Part shown: piece by piece, positions 34,451 through 47,191 of the stretch | Numbering within the stretch: the stretch's first letter is position 1 | How the letters are laid out: every line of letters begins with the position of its first letter | NCBI RefSeq assembly: GCF_030144855.1 | Contig: NC_082707.1 | Span: 84,754,001 to 84,818,000, forward strand | Direction: 5' to 3' | Source of the DNA: Hypanus sabinus | Taxonomy: Eukaryota | Length of the DNA stretch: 64,000 bases | The notes under the pieces: model-generated | What the model saw: only the letters and a program-made list of their open reading frames with translations | Told to the model about the DNA's origin: nothing | Database searches by the model: none | Program-made: the position numbers and the translations under genes

Positions 34451-35489
34451 ATTGAAATACTGAATTGCTGATGGGGTTCTTACTCCTTGTGTGAGTGAGG
34501 GTCAGTCCACAAGCTTGATTCACCTAGTCCAAGTTTTCGATATCAGAGAGCTGTCAGTGAAATTGGTGCATCCCTAACACACTAGGTCCACACTGTCCAT
34601 TTATTGCCTTGAAATGAACCTATCTCCCAGACATGTAGACATTATTTATTTTTTATATTGAAGGATACCATGCAGAACAGACCCTCTGGTTCACCGATCT
34701 GTGCCACCCAGCATCCCACCAAAATAACCCAAATCACAGGACAATATACAATGAGCAAATAACCTTTTAATTGGTACATCTTTGGACTGTGAGAGGAAAC
34801 TCCCACAGTAAGATCTTTGAAGTTGTTAATTGCTAGTAATATAGTTAAGGTTCTGTATCCATCTAGTTCTTATATTTTCGCTAATTAGCTGACTTTTCCA
34901 TTTTAAAAAATTCTACTGTTTTCTTTCTCTCTCTTAACGATGTTGCTGAACTCTTGCTAAAAAGAAATCTACAGATGCAGGCTGCTACATCATTCAACTG
35001 TTCATTCTCAAGCATGGATGCAGTCAGTGAATATTAGTAGAATATGTAATAGTGGGATTGGTCACAGCTGCTCCTATCCCATCAAACTCATTCCAGTATC
35101 CTTCATTGGACAGGTCAGAGAACAAAAATATTTTCTCTCCTTATTGCTGACACCAATTACAGCATCTTGCCTTTGCGCAAACTGACTTAACAAATTCAAC
35201 AAACCTTCCAAGAAGAGTTCTGGCGCAGCTTGTTGAACAGCTGATATGTGTAGATGTGTAATGCCAGCACCTGGTTTGAGAATGGTTGCATCCCTGTTTT
35301 CTGTTGGCATATAGTTGTCTTGTGAAGAAGGAAGACTGTTGTAGAGCAATTTAAAAATGTCTATCACAAATGTCATTGCACTGAAACATGGCCCAGATCA
35401 AGTGCCTTAGGTCACTAGAGTAAGACTTAAGCTCATGACTACAATAGGGATTCATTAGAAAGGACAAATAAAAATTAGGCAGGGGCAAG

Positions 35490-36925
35490 CGGAGTGGCCA
35501 TTGTGTGAGTGGGCCAGTGGAGTGGCTTTGGTTCATCGGGCTTGGGTGAGGTAAGTATCTGGTAGGCTTCTTCTTCTTCTTCTTTCCTCATTTGTTAGGG
35601 CACAGTTAGTGAAGTGAGAATGGTTCCAGGAGCTGTGTTGTGTTCTTTGTGTGAGCTGTGGGAATTCTGGGAGACCTCCAGCCTTCCAGATAACTTCATC
35701 TGCACCAGGTCCACCGAACTGCAGCTCCTCAGAGAACTTGTTAAGGAACTTGAGCTGCAACTCGATGACCTTCGGCTCTTACAGCTGACTGAGGAAGTGA
35801 TAGATAGGAGCTGCAGGTAGTAGTCACCTTTGGGTTTCAGGAGGCAGGCAACTGGATGACTGACAGGAGAAGGAAGGGATGTGGGCAGCCGGTGCAGGGT
35901 ACACTGTGGCCATTCTGCTCAATAATAAGTAAACTACTTTGGATACTATTGAGGGGGAGACCTAATGGGGGGAACTGCTGTGACCGGGATGCTGGCACTG
36001 AGTATGGAGCTGTGGCTCAGAAGAGGAGAGGAATGATGAGGACTGCAGTAGTGGTAGGAGATTTCCAATAGTTAGTGGAACAGAGGCAAGATTCTGCAGA
36101 CGCGGCGGAGACAACGAGATGGTTTGTTGCCTCTCAGGTGCCGCGGTCAGGGTTGTCTTGGATTGAGTCCATGGTATTCTAAAGGTGGGGGGGGGGGCAG
36201 GGTGAGCAGCCAGAATTCTTGGTACATATCGACACCACTGACATAGGTAGGAAAGGCAAGGAGGTCCTGAAGAGAGATTTTAGGGAGCTAGGTAAAAAGC
36301 TGGAAAGCAGGACCTCCAGGGTAGTAACCTTTGGATTGCTGCCTGTGCCATGCGCCACTGGAAGATGAATGCGTCGCTGAGGAAATGGTGCAGGAGGCAA
36401 GGGTTCAGAATTTTGGATCATCAGGATTTCTTCTGGGGAAGGTGTGACCTGTACAAAAGGAATGGTTCCATCTAAATCTGAGGGGGCCAATATCCTTGAG
36501 ACAGGTTTGCTAGAGCTGTTCAGGAGAGTTGAAGTTAATTTAGCAGGGGATGGGAATTGGAGTGATAAGGCTGAGGATGGGGTAGTTGTTTTATAAAAGA
36601 AGTAGTATGTGGTGAAACTGCTAGTAAGGAAAGGCTGACAACAGAGTAGAATTGCAGTCAATGGCAAGAGTTAACAGTATAAAAGGGGGACAGAATCAAA
36701 AAGGGTGATGAATTCAGAAATGATGATTTTATATTTGAATGTCCACTGTATATGGAATAAGGTGGATGAACTTATAACACAGTTACAGACTGGCACATGT
36801 GATGTTGTGGGTATCACTGAATTGTGGCTGAAAGAAGATTATAGCTGGGAGCTTACTGTCCAAGGATACAGATTGCATTGAAAGGACAGGAGGTAGGCAG
36901 AAGGGGTAGGGTGGCTCTATTGGCA
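35490..36925 (+). mobile_element. CR1 5' half (ORF1 zinc finger/leucine zipper/esterase and start of the ORF2 endonuclease)
   Basis: AVLCSLCELWE...FICTRSTELQLL...LELQLDDLRL; LVHIDTTDIGRK; DVVGITELWL. Confidence 0.85.
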
Positions 36926-37759
36926 AGTGAGTGTAGTTCTTTGTTAAAGAGCCTCATGGTTACAGGTACTAAGTGTTCTTGAACCTGGTGGTGCAAGTCC
37001 AGAGGCTCTTGTACCTTTTACCTGATGGCAGCAGCGAGAAAAGAGCATGACCAGGGTGGCAAGGACCTCGGAGACTAACTTTTCCATCCATTGAGATGTT
37101 CCAACAACCAGTGATCTCACTTAAAGGACTCTTTATCTCATTATTTCTTGTTCTACTTATTTATTGCTATTTACTTATAATTGCATTTGCACAGTTTGTT
37201 GTCTTCTGCACTCTGGTTGATCTTTCATAGATCCTGTTACAGTTACTATTCTATAGATTTGCTGAGTATGCCCACAAGAAAATGAATCTCAGGGTTGTAT
37301 ATGGTGACATATATGTACTTCAATAATAAAACTTACTTTGAGCTTTGAGTTACCTGTAACATTGCTTCATGAAGTAATATTAACTCACCAAGGATATTTG
37401 TGTGGCTGGAGGTTTCTGTTGCACTTCAGGCTCAGTTGTTATATTCAGCATCGCCCCGTTTGCACACGAGTTACATCTGCCTGACCTATGGCACAGTTAA
37501 TGTAATGAATTCAGTAAAGGTCTGAAAACCGAATAAAGGTTTTATATTTCTCTTCGAGTGTCAGATAACATAGTGCATCTAATGGCTGACCTTCCATTAG
37601 ACTTGGAGACACAAGAGTCTGTAGGTGCTAGAATATGAAGCAAAAAGCTGGAGGAACTCAGCAGGTTGAGCATCATCTGCAGAGAGAAAGGACAATTCTT
37701 TTCTCTGACAAATGCGTTCTTTGCCTCTGTGAGTTTGTCTGTTTTCTTTTGCTTCCATT

Positions 37760-38170
37760 AAACTGGACAGCACCACTGTCGTTGTCACCCCCTTTCACCA
37801 TTTCCACTCCCATTTCCCTCTCTCACCTTATCTCTGCCTGCCCGTCACTTTCCAGTGCTGTCCCTCCTTCTACCCTCCCCCTATAGGTTCTCCCTTCTCC
37901 AGTACTTTATCTCTTTCACTAATCAACTTCCCCACTCTTTTCCTCTCTCCTCTCCCAGTTTCGCCTATCACCAATCACTTTGTACTTTTTCCTCCCCTCC
38001 CCTCACCTTCTTACTCCGACTTCTCTTCTGTTTTTCCAGTTCTGATGAAGGGTCTCAGCCTGAAATGTCACTGTTTACTTTTTTTCTGAAGGTTCTGCCT
38101 GGCCCGTTGAGTTCCTTTAGCATTTTGTGTGTGTTGTTTTGGTTTTCCAGTGTCTGCAGATTTTCTTTTT
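37760..38170 (+). mobile_element. Penelope-like terminal repeat, decayed
   Basis: Pyrimidine-rich tract followed by CTGATGAAGGGTCTCAGCCTGAAATGTC and ...TCTGCAGA, as in 54190-54850. Confidence 0.7.
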
Positions 38171-39130
38171 TTTGTGATACCTCTGTTGTTGAGTGTGCTA
38201 TCATCTACATGCTGGGTTCAACACCGACCAGGCACAAACATATAAAATGCTACCGCAGAATCAGAATGAGGCCACGAGTAACACATCTTCCGACCCAGAG
38301 GGTTTAGCCACCTAAAGGACAAGGGTGCGATAGCAGATGCTCCAGTTTCCTGCATAAGTACACTGAAGCATACCAGCACAAGCCAAAAACAAAACTGCCA
38401 GTATGGTTTGTATCCTTAAATAATAACACCAATATTTGAATACCATGCTTGCAGTGAATACTTCCTCTCAATCTGCCAAGACTCTTTTGCCACCAATTCC
38501 CAAAGCACACAATCTGTTTCAACCAGTCCATTGTTGGAGTGGGGACGCTGGCAATTTCCCACGGGCAGGATGAGAGTGGGAAAGGGAGCATGAATCACAC
38601 CGCATGGGAAATTAACAAGATTTCCAACGTGTTGAAAACAGTGTCAGATCTGTGGAAGTAAGTGTGACTCCATGTGCTGTTAGATCACTCAGTTGTGCTC
38701 TTCCATTTTTATTGAAGTTAATAATGTGCCAGCAAAGGATATTACGCTCTACCATTACAGCCAGTAATTCCAAGTATTGGGATAACAATTAAAAGCAGTG
38801 TCAAACATAACAGGTTCCTCACTCTCACTTTACTCACTCGGCACCATTTTTGTCGTCACTGGCAATGTGCAGCCAGTGGCAGCCGGTCAGGCTAAACCCA
38901 CAAAAAATTTAAGAACTTCCTCCTTTTCATGAGTGAATGTTGTCGGCAGGATGCCATGCAGGTAAAAGCAGCATCTTCACTCATCAAGGCTCTGGAGTGG
39001 AAGTCCTCACTTCATTAGCCATCATTTCACTGAGCTAAGCAGTCTGCATTGAGTATTATTTTCTTTTGTATGGAGTAATTTTAGTTAACATTGGTGGTAT
39101 TTTATAGAAGATGCACACTCCAGTTATAGT

Positions 39131-40158
39131 CAGAATCAGAATCAGGTTTAATACCACTGACATATGTCGTGAATTTAATTAACTTTACAGCAGCAGTTTA
39201 ATGAAATACATGATAAATATAGGAAAAAAACTTGAATTACATTTAGTATATATATGTCTATTAAAAAGTTAAAGTAAGTAGTGCAAAAAAAACTAAATTA
39301 AAAAAACGTAGTGAGGTAGTATTCATGGATTGAATGTCCATTTAGAAATCGAATGGCAGAGGGGAAAACATTGTTCCTGAATCATTGAATGTGTGACTTC
39401 AGGCTTCTGTACCTCCTTCCTGATGGTAACAGTGTGAAGAGAGCACGTTCAGGGTGGTGGGATCCTTAATGATGGATGCCACCTTCCCAAGAAACCATTC
39501 CTTGAAGATGTCTTGGATACTGCAGAGGCTGACTAATTTTACAAGTTTCTGCAGCTGACTTCGATCTCGTGCAGTACCACCCCCCCCCCCCCCCATACCA
39601 GATGGTGATGCAGCCAGCCAGAATTTTCTCTTCTGCGGAAGTTTTGAGTGTTTTAGTTAACAAACCAAATCTCCTTAAACTCTGAATGAAATATATGAAA
39701 TATAGAACTATAAATTATATGAAGTATAATTTAGATATGTGAAATCTCATTCTCTCTATAGCTGCATCAATATGTTACGTCCAGGTTAGGTCCTCAGAGA
39801 TATTGACACCCAGGAACTTGAAATTGCTCACTCTCTCCATTTCTCTTCCCTCTATAAGGTTTGGTTTGTGTTCCCTCATCTTACCCTTTCTGAAGTCCAC
39901 AGTCAGCTCTTTGGTCTCGCTGACATTGAGTGCAAGTTTGTTACTGCAACACCACTCAACTATCTGGTATATCTATGCCCTCTCATCACCATCTGAGATT
40001 CTGCCAACAACATTTGAGCTGTGCCAAGCCACACAGTCATGGGTGTAGAGAGAGTAGAGCAGTGGGCTAAGCGCACACCTCTGTGGTGCACCATTGTCGA
40101 TTGTCAGCGAGGTAGAGATGTTATTTCTAATCCGCACAGATTGTGGCCTTCTGGTTCA
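39131..40158 (-). mobile_element. Rex1/Babar LINE 3' portion
   Basis: (AGAATC)n reversed tail at 39131; ILAGCITIWYG; FKFLGVNISEDL. Confidence 0.8.
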
Positions 40159-40849
40159 GAAATCCATTGTGCTAATGGTGGAGTTTAAGGTGGTGGATAG
40201 ATGCCAGTCAAGCAAGCTGCTCCGTTCAGAGAGGTGTCAAGCTGCTTTAGTGTCTTTGGAACCGTGCTGCTCCTGGCCAGCAAATAGGTTGCATCAAGCT
40301 TCTGAATTGCGCCTTATTTATGGTGGAAAGGCAATGGGATATCAGGAGATGATTTGTTTGCCACATGAAATCAAGACTCTGATCTACACATAACCTCAGT
40401 ATTTATGTGATTAGTGCAGTGGAATTTCTAATTATTTGTAACGCCTCTCCCTATCCCTCGCCCAAGATACATTTGGCGGGACACTTGGCGATAGTAATGT
40501 TATTGATTAGCATGGATAAATAGTAGAACCCTCTCTTGTCGGACATGGTTATTACCTCCAAATTTAGCAACGCAACTATTACCTACCACCTGTATCCTTG
40601 GACATTAAGCTCCCAGCTGTTGCCTGTCAATGCCTGAAAATTATGTTGATGGTGCTGCTGAGCTGTGAAGCAGCAAACGTTCCCACTTCTACCCCTGTCT
40701 GCAAAGGAACATCATTGTTGAGGAAGCAGCTAAAGATGGGCCCCATCTGTGTCTGTCTTTTCATTGGCTACGCAGAATGTCCATGCTCCTAGCCTTCCCT
40801 GGTAAGGCTCTCCACGCTTCCTTTGCTACATTGACAAATGCATTTGTGT

Positions 40850-41860
40850 TGCTTCATGCTCCCATGAAAAGCTTGTCAATTTCATCAACTTTGCCTCCAA
40901 CTTCCACCCCATCCTTAAATTCACTTGGTCAATTTCTGACACCTCCCTTCCCTTTCTCGATCTCTCTGTCTCCATCTCTGGAGACAAACTGCCTACTGAC
41001 ATATTTTATAAACCTACCAATCCCTGCAGCCATCTTGACAATCTCTTCTCTTTCCTCTCTGTCTCCTGTAAAAATGCTGTTCCCTTTTTTCAGTTCCTTC
41101 ATCTCCAATGCATCTGTTCCCAAGAGGAACCTTCCTTTCCAGCACATCAGAGATGTCCTCCTTCTTCAAAGAATAGTGTTTCCCTTCCTCCACCATTGAT
41201 GCTGTCCTACCTGCATCTCCTCTATTTCCCAGGCATTTGCACTCACCCCATCTTCCTACCACTTTAACAGGGATTGAGTTCCTTTTGTCCTAACCTACCA
41301 CCCAGCCTCCTCTACATTGGTGAGACCCGAGGTAAATTATGGGACTGCTTTGTCAAGCACCTCCACTTCATCTGCCAAAAGGGGAATTTCCTGGTGGCCA
41401 ACCATTTTAATTCCTTTTCCCATTTCCATTCCAACATGTTGATCTATGGCTTCCTCTTCTGTTATGATGAGGCCACTTCAAGGGCGGAGAAGCAACACCT
41501 CACATTTATTTCTCCTTCCAGGATTCCCCCTTTCCCTTCCTCTTCTTGTATTCCCCACTGTGGCCTCTTACCTCATCTCACCTGCCTATCATCTCTCCCT
41601 GGCGCTCTCCCTTCTTCCCTTTCTCCTATGGTCGCTCTCCTCTCCTATCAGATTTCTTCATCTCCAGCCCTTTGCCTTCCTCACCCTCTTGCTTCACCTA
41701 TCTCCTTCTAGCTATCTTCCTTCCCCTCCCCGCACCTTTTTACTGTGGTGTCTCCCCCCTTTCTTTCCAGTCCTGAAGATGGGTCTTATTCTGAAATGTT
41801 GATTGATTGTTTATTTCCATAGATTCTCTCTGAGTTTCCCAGCATTTTGTGTGTTGCTAA
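40850..41860 (+). mobile_element. Penelope-like retroelement fragment (RT thumb, GIY-YIG, terminal repeat)
   Basis: FINFASNFHPSLKFTWSISDTSLPFLDLSVSI...DIFYKPTN; LYIGETRGKL..FVKHL...VANHFNS. Confidence 0.85.
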
Positions 41861-43426
41861 AGATGGCTGGCCCTAGGAAACTGCCCTGAAGAATTTCTGC
41901 ATTGATATCCTGGGACTGAGATAACTGATCTCAACCACAGCATCCTCCTTAATATAAGGTATTGCTTCAACCCTTGAGTACTTTCCTTTGCCCATTAACC
42001 TGTTTAATCAGGACTCCTTGATGTCACAGTTAGTAATACTGTCATGATATGAAAAGCATTGACCCTAATCTCTGCAATTCAGCTCCTTGGCCCATGATGG
42101 CACCAAGACTCTGGTTGGGTCTAGAGGTGAATACTCCCAATGAATCCCAGTCTGGGAACAATGAACAAATGAGTAGGTGCTGCTTGATGTTGCCATTGAT
42201 TACATCGCTTTTCTGATGATTGAGAATAGCTTGATTGGCTGTATTTAGCTGTCAGATTTGTCCTGCTTTTGTGAAGGGGACCTCCCTGAGCAGATTTTCA
42301 CATTCTTTGGTGGGTATCAATGTTGTATTTATACTGGAATAGCTTGGTTAAAGATTTACTACAGGTTTTTGTACCCTTTGCAGTACTCACTGCTCCGGTG
42401 AGAGCTCAGGAGCAAGCCAAGGTCGATCATCTACCCAGCATGTCCGGCTAGCCATGCTTATGAACACATCTCTTTTGTCATGTTTTTTTTGTCACGAGAC
42501 ATACCAGAGGACTATTGGGCCTATCAGGCTTATGCTGCCTTGAAGAGAAAACTGTTTTCTTACACATGACCATTAAAACCCCCAACTTTCCAGTTGCCTG
42601 CACATGGGACAGCTTGCAGTCAACAGTTAGATTAAATAATGTCTTTGGAATGTGAAAGGAAACCAGGGCACCTAGGGAAAGCCCAGAAGGTCACAAAGAG
42701 ATAGTAAAACTTCCATTCAGATAGCATCGGAGGTCAGAAATGAACCCAGCTTACAACTTTGAAATATCTGTCTTCCTTTCGTGATCTTGTGCCACACTTG
42801 AAATTCATCCTTTTGTTTAATTGTCATGGTTATGCAAGGTGAAACTGCAGGGCTATAATCTGGTTGTTGATTATGAAATCATATTCTGTCTATCGAGTGC
42901 TGTTTTTATTGTTTGGCAATCATTGTTTTGTGCTATAACTTCTCTAGGCTAGCACCTCATTTTTTAGTGCCTCTTCAGCATCTCCTACTGCACTCCTCAT
43001 TGACCAGGGTTGATCTCCTGCTTTGACAGTAATAGTAAGATCATGGAGATGCTGGGCCAAAGGACGACAGGTTATGGTAGTGTATATTGCTACTGCTACT
43101 GGTCCACTGAGCCTTATGGATTTTGAGCTACTTGAACAGTAATGCATTTAGATGGGATTCTGACTGAAAGGTTTTCAGTCATAAGCCCACTGATGATAGC
43201 TTTTCACCATTGGCACATCAGACACACACGTACATCAAAAGTACAAACCTGCATGAGTCCTTAACTCAATAAAGTCTCGTAGCATCAGGTCAACCATTGC
43301 AAGGAAATGTCTGAATTACTACCTCCCATCTTTATCCAGCTGATGAATTCTCTATGTTGAAGAATATTGGCAAGGGGCACTATGCATTCTGGCTGAGGAT
43401 TTCAATGTGCATCACCAAATGTGCCT

Positions 43427-44808
43427 TGGAGGCACCATCACCAGTCTCTGAGTTAGATGATGGAGGCACCATCACCAGTCTCTGAGTTAGATGATGGAGG
43501 CATCATCACCAGTCTCTGAGTTAGATGATGGAGGCATCATCACCAATTCTGAGTTAGATGATGGAGGCACCATCACCAGTCTCTGAGTTAGATGATGGAG
43601 GCATCATCACCAGTCTCTGAGTTAGATGATGGAGGCATCATCACCAGTCTCTGAGTTAGATGATGGAGGCATCATCACCAATTCTGAGTTAGATGATGGA
43701 GGCACCATCACCAGTCTCTGAGTTAGATGATGGAGGCATCATCACCAGTCTCTGAGTTAGATGATGGAGGCACCATCACCAATTCTGAGTTAGATGATGG
43801 AGGCATCATCACCAGTCTCTGAGTTAGATGATGGAGGCATCATCACCAGTCTCTGAGTTAGATGATGGAGGCATCATCACCAGTCTCTGAGTTAGATGAT
43901 GGAGGCATCATCACCAGTCTCTGAGTTAGATGATGGAGGCATCATCACCAATTCTGAATTAGATGATGGAGGCATCATCACCAATTCTGAGTTAGATGAT
44001 GGAGGCACCATCACCAGTCTCTGAGTTAGATGATGGAGGCACCATCACCAGTCTCTGAGTTAGATGATGGAGGCACCATCATCAATTCTGAGTTAGATGA
44101 TGGAGGCATCATCACCAGTCTCTGAGTTAGATGATGGAGGCACCATCACCAATTCTGAGTTAGATGATGGAGGCATCATCACCAGTCTCTGAGTTAGATG
44201 ATGGAGGCATCATCACCAGTCTCTGAGTTAGATGATGGAGGCATCATCACCAGTCTCTGAGTTAGATGATGGAGGCATCATCACCAGTCTCTGAGTTAGA
44301 TGATGGAGGCATCATCACCAATTCTGAATTAGATGATGGAGGCATCATCACCAATTCTGAGTTAGATGATGGAGGCACCATCACCAGTCTCTGAGTTAGA
44401 TGATGGAGGCACCATCACCAGTCTCTGAGTTAGATGATGGAGGCACCATCATCAATTCTGAGTTAGATGATGGAGGCATCATCACCAGTCTCTGAGTTAG
44501 ATGATGGAGGCACCATCACCAATTCTGAGTTAGATGATGGAGGCATCATCACCAGTCTCTGAGTTAGATGATGGAGGCATCATCACCAATCTCTGAGTTA
44601 GATGATGGAGGCATCATCACCAGTCTCTGAGTTAGATGATGGAGGCATCATCAACAGTCTCTGAGTTAGATGATGGAGGCACCATCACCAGTCTCTGAGT
44701 TAGATGATGGAGGCATCATCACCAATCTCTGAGTTAGATGATGGAGGCATCATCACCAGTCTCTGAGTTAGATGATGGAGGCATCATCACCAATTCTGAG
44801 TTAGATGA
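43427..44808. repeat. Minisatellite, 41 units of 33/34 bp (TGGAGGCAYCATCACCAGTCTCTGAGTTAGATGA)
   Basis: Units counted by hand, head-to-tail with no spacers. Units 10-20 are repeated as units 21-31 (370-bp period). Confidence 0.97.
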
Positions 44809-46932
44809 ATCTCGAGGAATATGGACAGCAGACTGGGTCTGCAGCAGAGTGAATCATACAAGGGTTAAATCCACCTGACTTCTTAGTCAGTAATCTACCC
44901 AAGGGAGATGTCTGGGTGCTTGAAGGCACGGGTAGAAATGCTGATAAAAATTCCATCTTCACATTAAGGAAAGCCTCCATAATTTATGGTATGATAATTA
45001 TGCTAAATGATATAATATGTGTTTCTTTCCCTCCTGTGTGACTCCTTTGGGTAGGTCTGTCCTGCTGGTGCGATAAGTCACACTGAAGGATTGTGTTGGA
45101 GTGGGACAGATATGTTCCATGAGTATGACAATAACAAATGGTTCAATTTAATAACAGAGAATGTATACATTATGAAACCTGAAATGCTTAGTCTTCACAG
45201 ACATCCACAAAACAAGAAACCACAAAGAATAAATGACAGAAACCGCAGAACCCCAAAGGCCCCCAGTTGTTCGACCAGTTGAAGGGAATGCCTTTGCTAA
45301 TTTAGGCACCCGTTGCCAAATATTAACGATATGGACTTACCTCATATTATCAGGGGTGGGGGAGAAGTTGCAGTGGGAGTGAAAGGTTCCCTGGCACTGA
45401 GTACAGTCTTTTAGATCTCCACTGGTTTTGCACACTCCACATCTGGGGTTGAGTATCTCATTTTCACTGGTCTGCAGCAACATCTGGAGCGAAACATTAA
45501 AAAAAGTGTACTCTCTTACTTGAAGGGTTGTTCAGAAGTGGGTGGCCTTGGCCAATCTGTGTTTTCTTCAGTTAGTAATTCCTTTTTCAATACAAAGCAT
45601 ACTTTTTATCTTGACACCCAAGCAATAATTGCTATTTACTTATTTTAAAACTTCATAGTATAAAACAGAATGGGCTGATGACAGCAATCAGCCAGATAAC
45701 TTACTTGGACTCCAGCTGTGCTTTGTGATTGTTGACTCTTCTCAGGCCCTGCAGATAATGCGATTCGAGTGTCACCATCTTTTTTTGCACAGGAGAAACA
45801 TCTCCAGGTACCTCTGGGCAGACAAAGAAGCCAAAATCAATAGGTGACAAACCAAAGCTATCTGAACTAAGAAGATCCAGCTCTATTCAAAATGCATTGT
45901 TTTTAATCTATTACATTTTTAAAGATTAAATATGAGAATCTTCAAGAAATTATTTAAATTGGCTCATTGCCTGTTCTGGCAGATGTGAATGAGACAGAAC
46001 GAGGCCTTGTCTGCCCTTACAGGTTGATGTAAATAATCTCAGTGTTCAGATTAAACTAATGTCTCCTGATAAACTAGTCATTATTTATCTTTTGTATTCA
46101 GCCCAATTAAACTGATCCTTTGTTTCATTTTATTTATTTGTTTGTTTATTAGTTTCTATGTTTATTTATTTAGATTTACAGGATGGAATAGGCCCTTCTG
46201 GCCCTCCGAGCTGCACCAACAACAACCCACCAACTTAACCTTACTAACCGGTACATGTTTTGACTGTGGGAGGAAACTGGAGCACCCAAAGGAAACTCAG
46301 CATTCCACGGTGGGGGGGGGGTGTGGAGGGGGAGGGGGGGGCATGTGGGGAGGGAGACACACAAATCCCTTACAGAGGTCTCTGGGATTCAACCAGATTG
46401 AACATTTTCTTCAAGAACTGCGATGATTCCATTTGGGGAATTATCCTTTGGTTCTGTACCGGAACTTAAGTGACGCTATCAGCAACTTAAATAGCATACA
46501 CTGTTATAAACAGTGAATGCATTGAAAAATTCATTGTGAAGTCCCACCAAAGACTTTTCAATGGTTGTAAGGTAACAAAGCAATCTCACATCTTCCTTCG
46601 ATTACCTCTACCCTTTTTCTGAAATCACACTTTCCTAGTACAGCTACGTACTATTCTGGCACCCTACTGTGTGGCCATTCCTTGTATGTGGTAACTGCAT
46701 GGTATTGAACAGTATAGCCCAGGCATGGGCAAACTACGGCCCGCGAGCCATATGCGGCCCGTTAAACTTTTTAATCCGGCCCGCAGAACTTGATGAAATA
46801 ATATTAATAAACCTTGTTAACGTTTTTTCCCCGCAATTCTGGCGTTTTCCCAATAGATGACGCACTCTATATACATTGACCTCTGTTGAGGTGCAGCGTA
46901 TTACTCCACATTTGCGCTTTGCTTTGTGACCT

Positions 46933-47169
46933 TGTGGCAACCCATTTCCTGGCACATCCGAACCGGCTCACAATTAGCCAGCGTTCCGGCTAAGGGAAAT
47001 AGCCTGCGGGGATTTGCGAGCACAGAGCTTTGGAGCCTCTGCGCCACGGGGGGCAGGTTGAGGGATGCTTAAAAGTGAGGCTGGGGATTTCGAATAAAGT
47101 TTTTTTCCTTTGACTGCAGTTACTGACTCCGTGTCATAATTTTAGCGCTGCGTGTAGCACACCGCTACA
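46933..47169 (+). mobile_element. Solo LTR (237 bp, probably Gypsy-type) nested in the hAT 5' region
   Basis: TGTGGC...GCTACA termini, 4-bp TSD ACCT (46929-46932, 47170-47173), TATA-like CTTAAAAG near 47068 and AATAAA near 47093. Confidence 0.8.
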
Positions 47170-47191
47170 ACCTCTCACCCCTTCTGTAAAG

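Noticed and set aside
43427-44808. CRISPR array (33-34 bp repeats with an internal hairpin)
   Set aside because: Units are directly head-to-tail with no unique spacers, there are no cas genes, and the context is vertebrate.
46311-46355. G-quadruplex-like tract as a functional element
   Set aside because: It is a low-complexity G-run expansion inside a decayed SINE with no supporting context.
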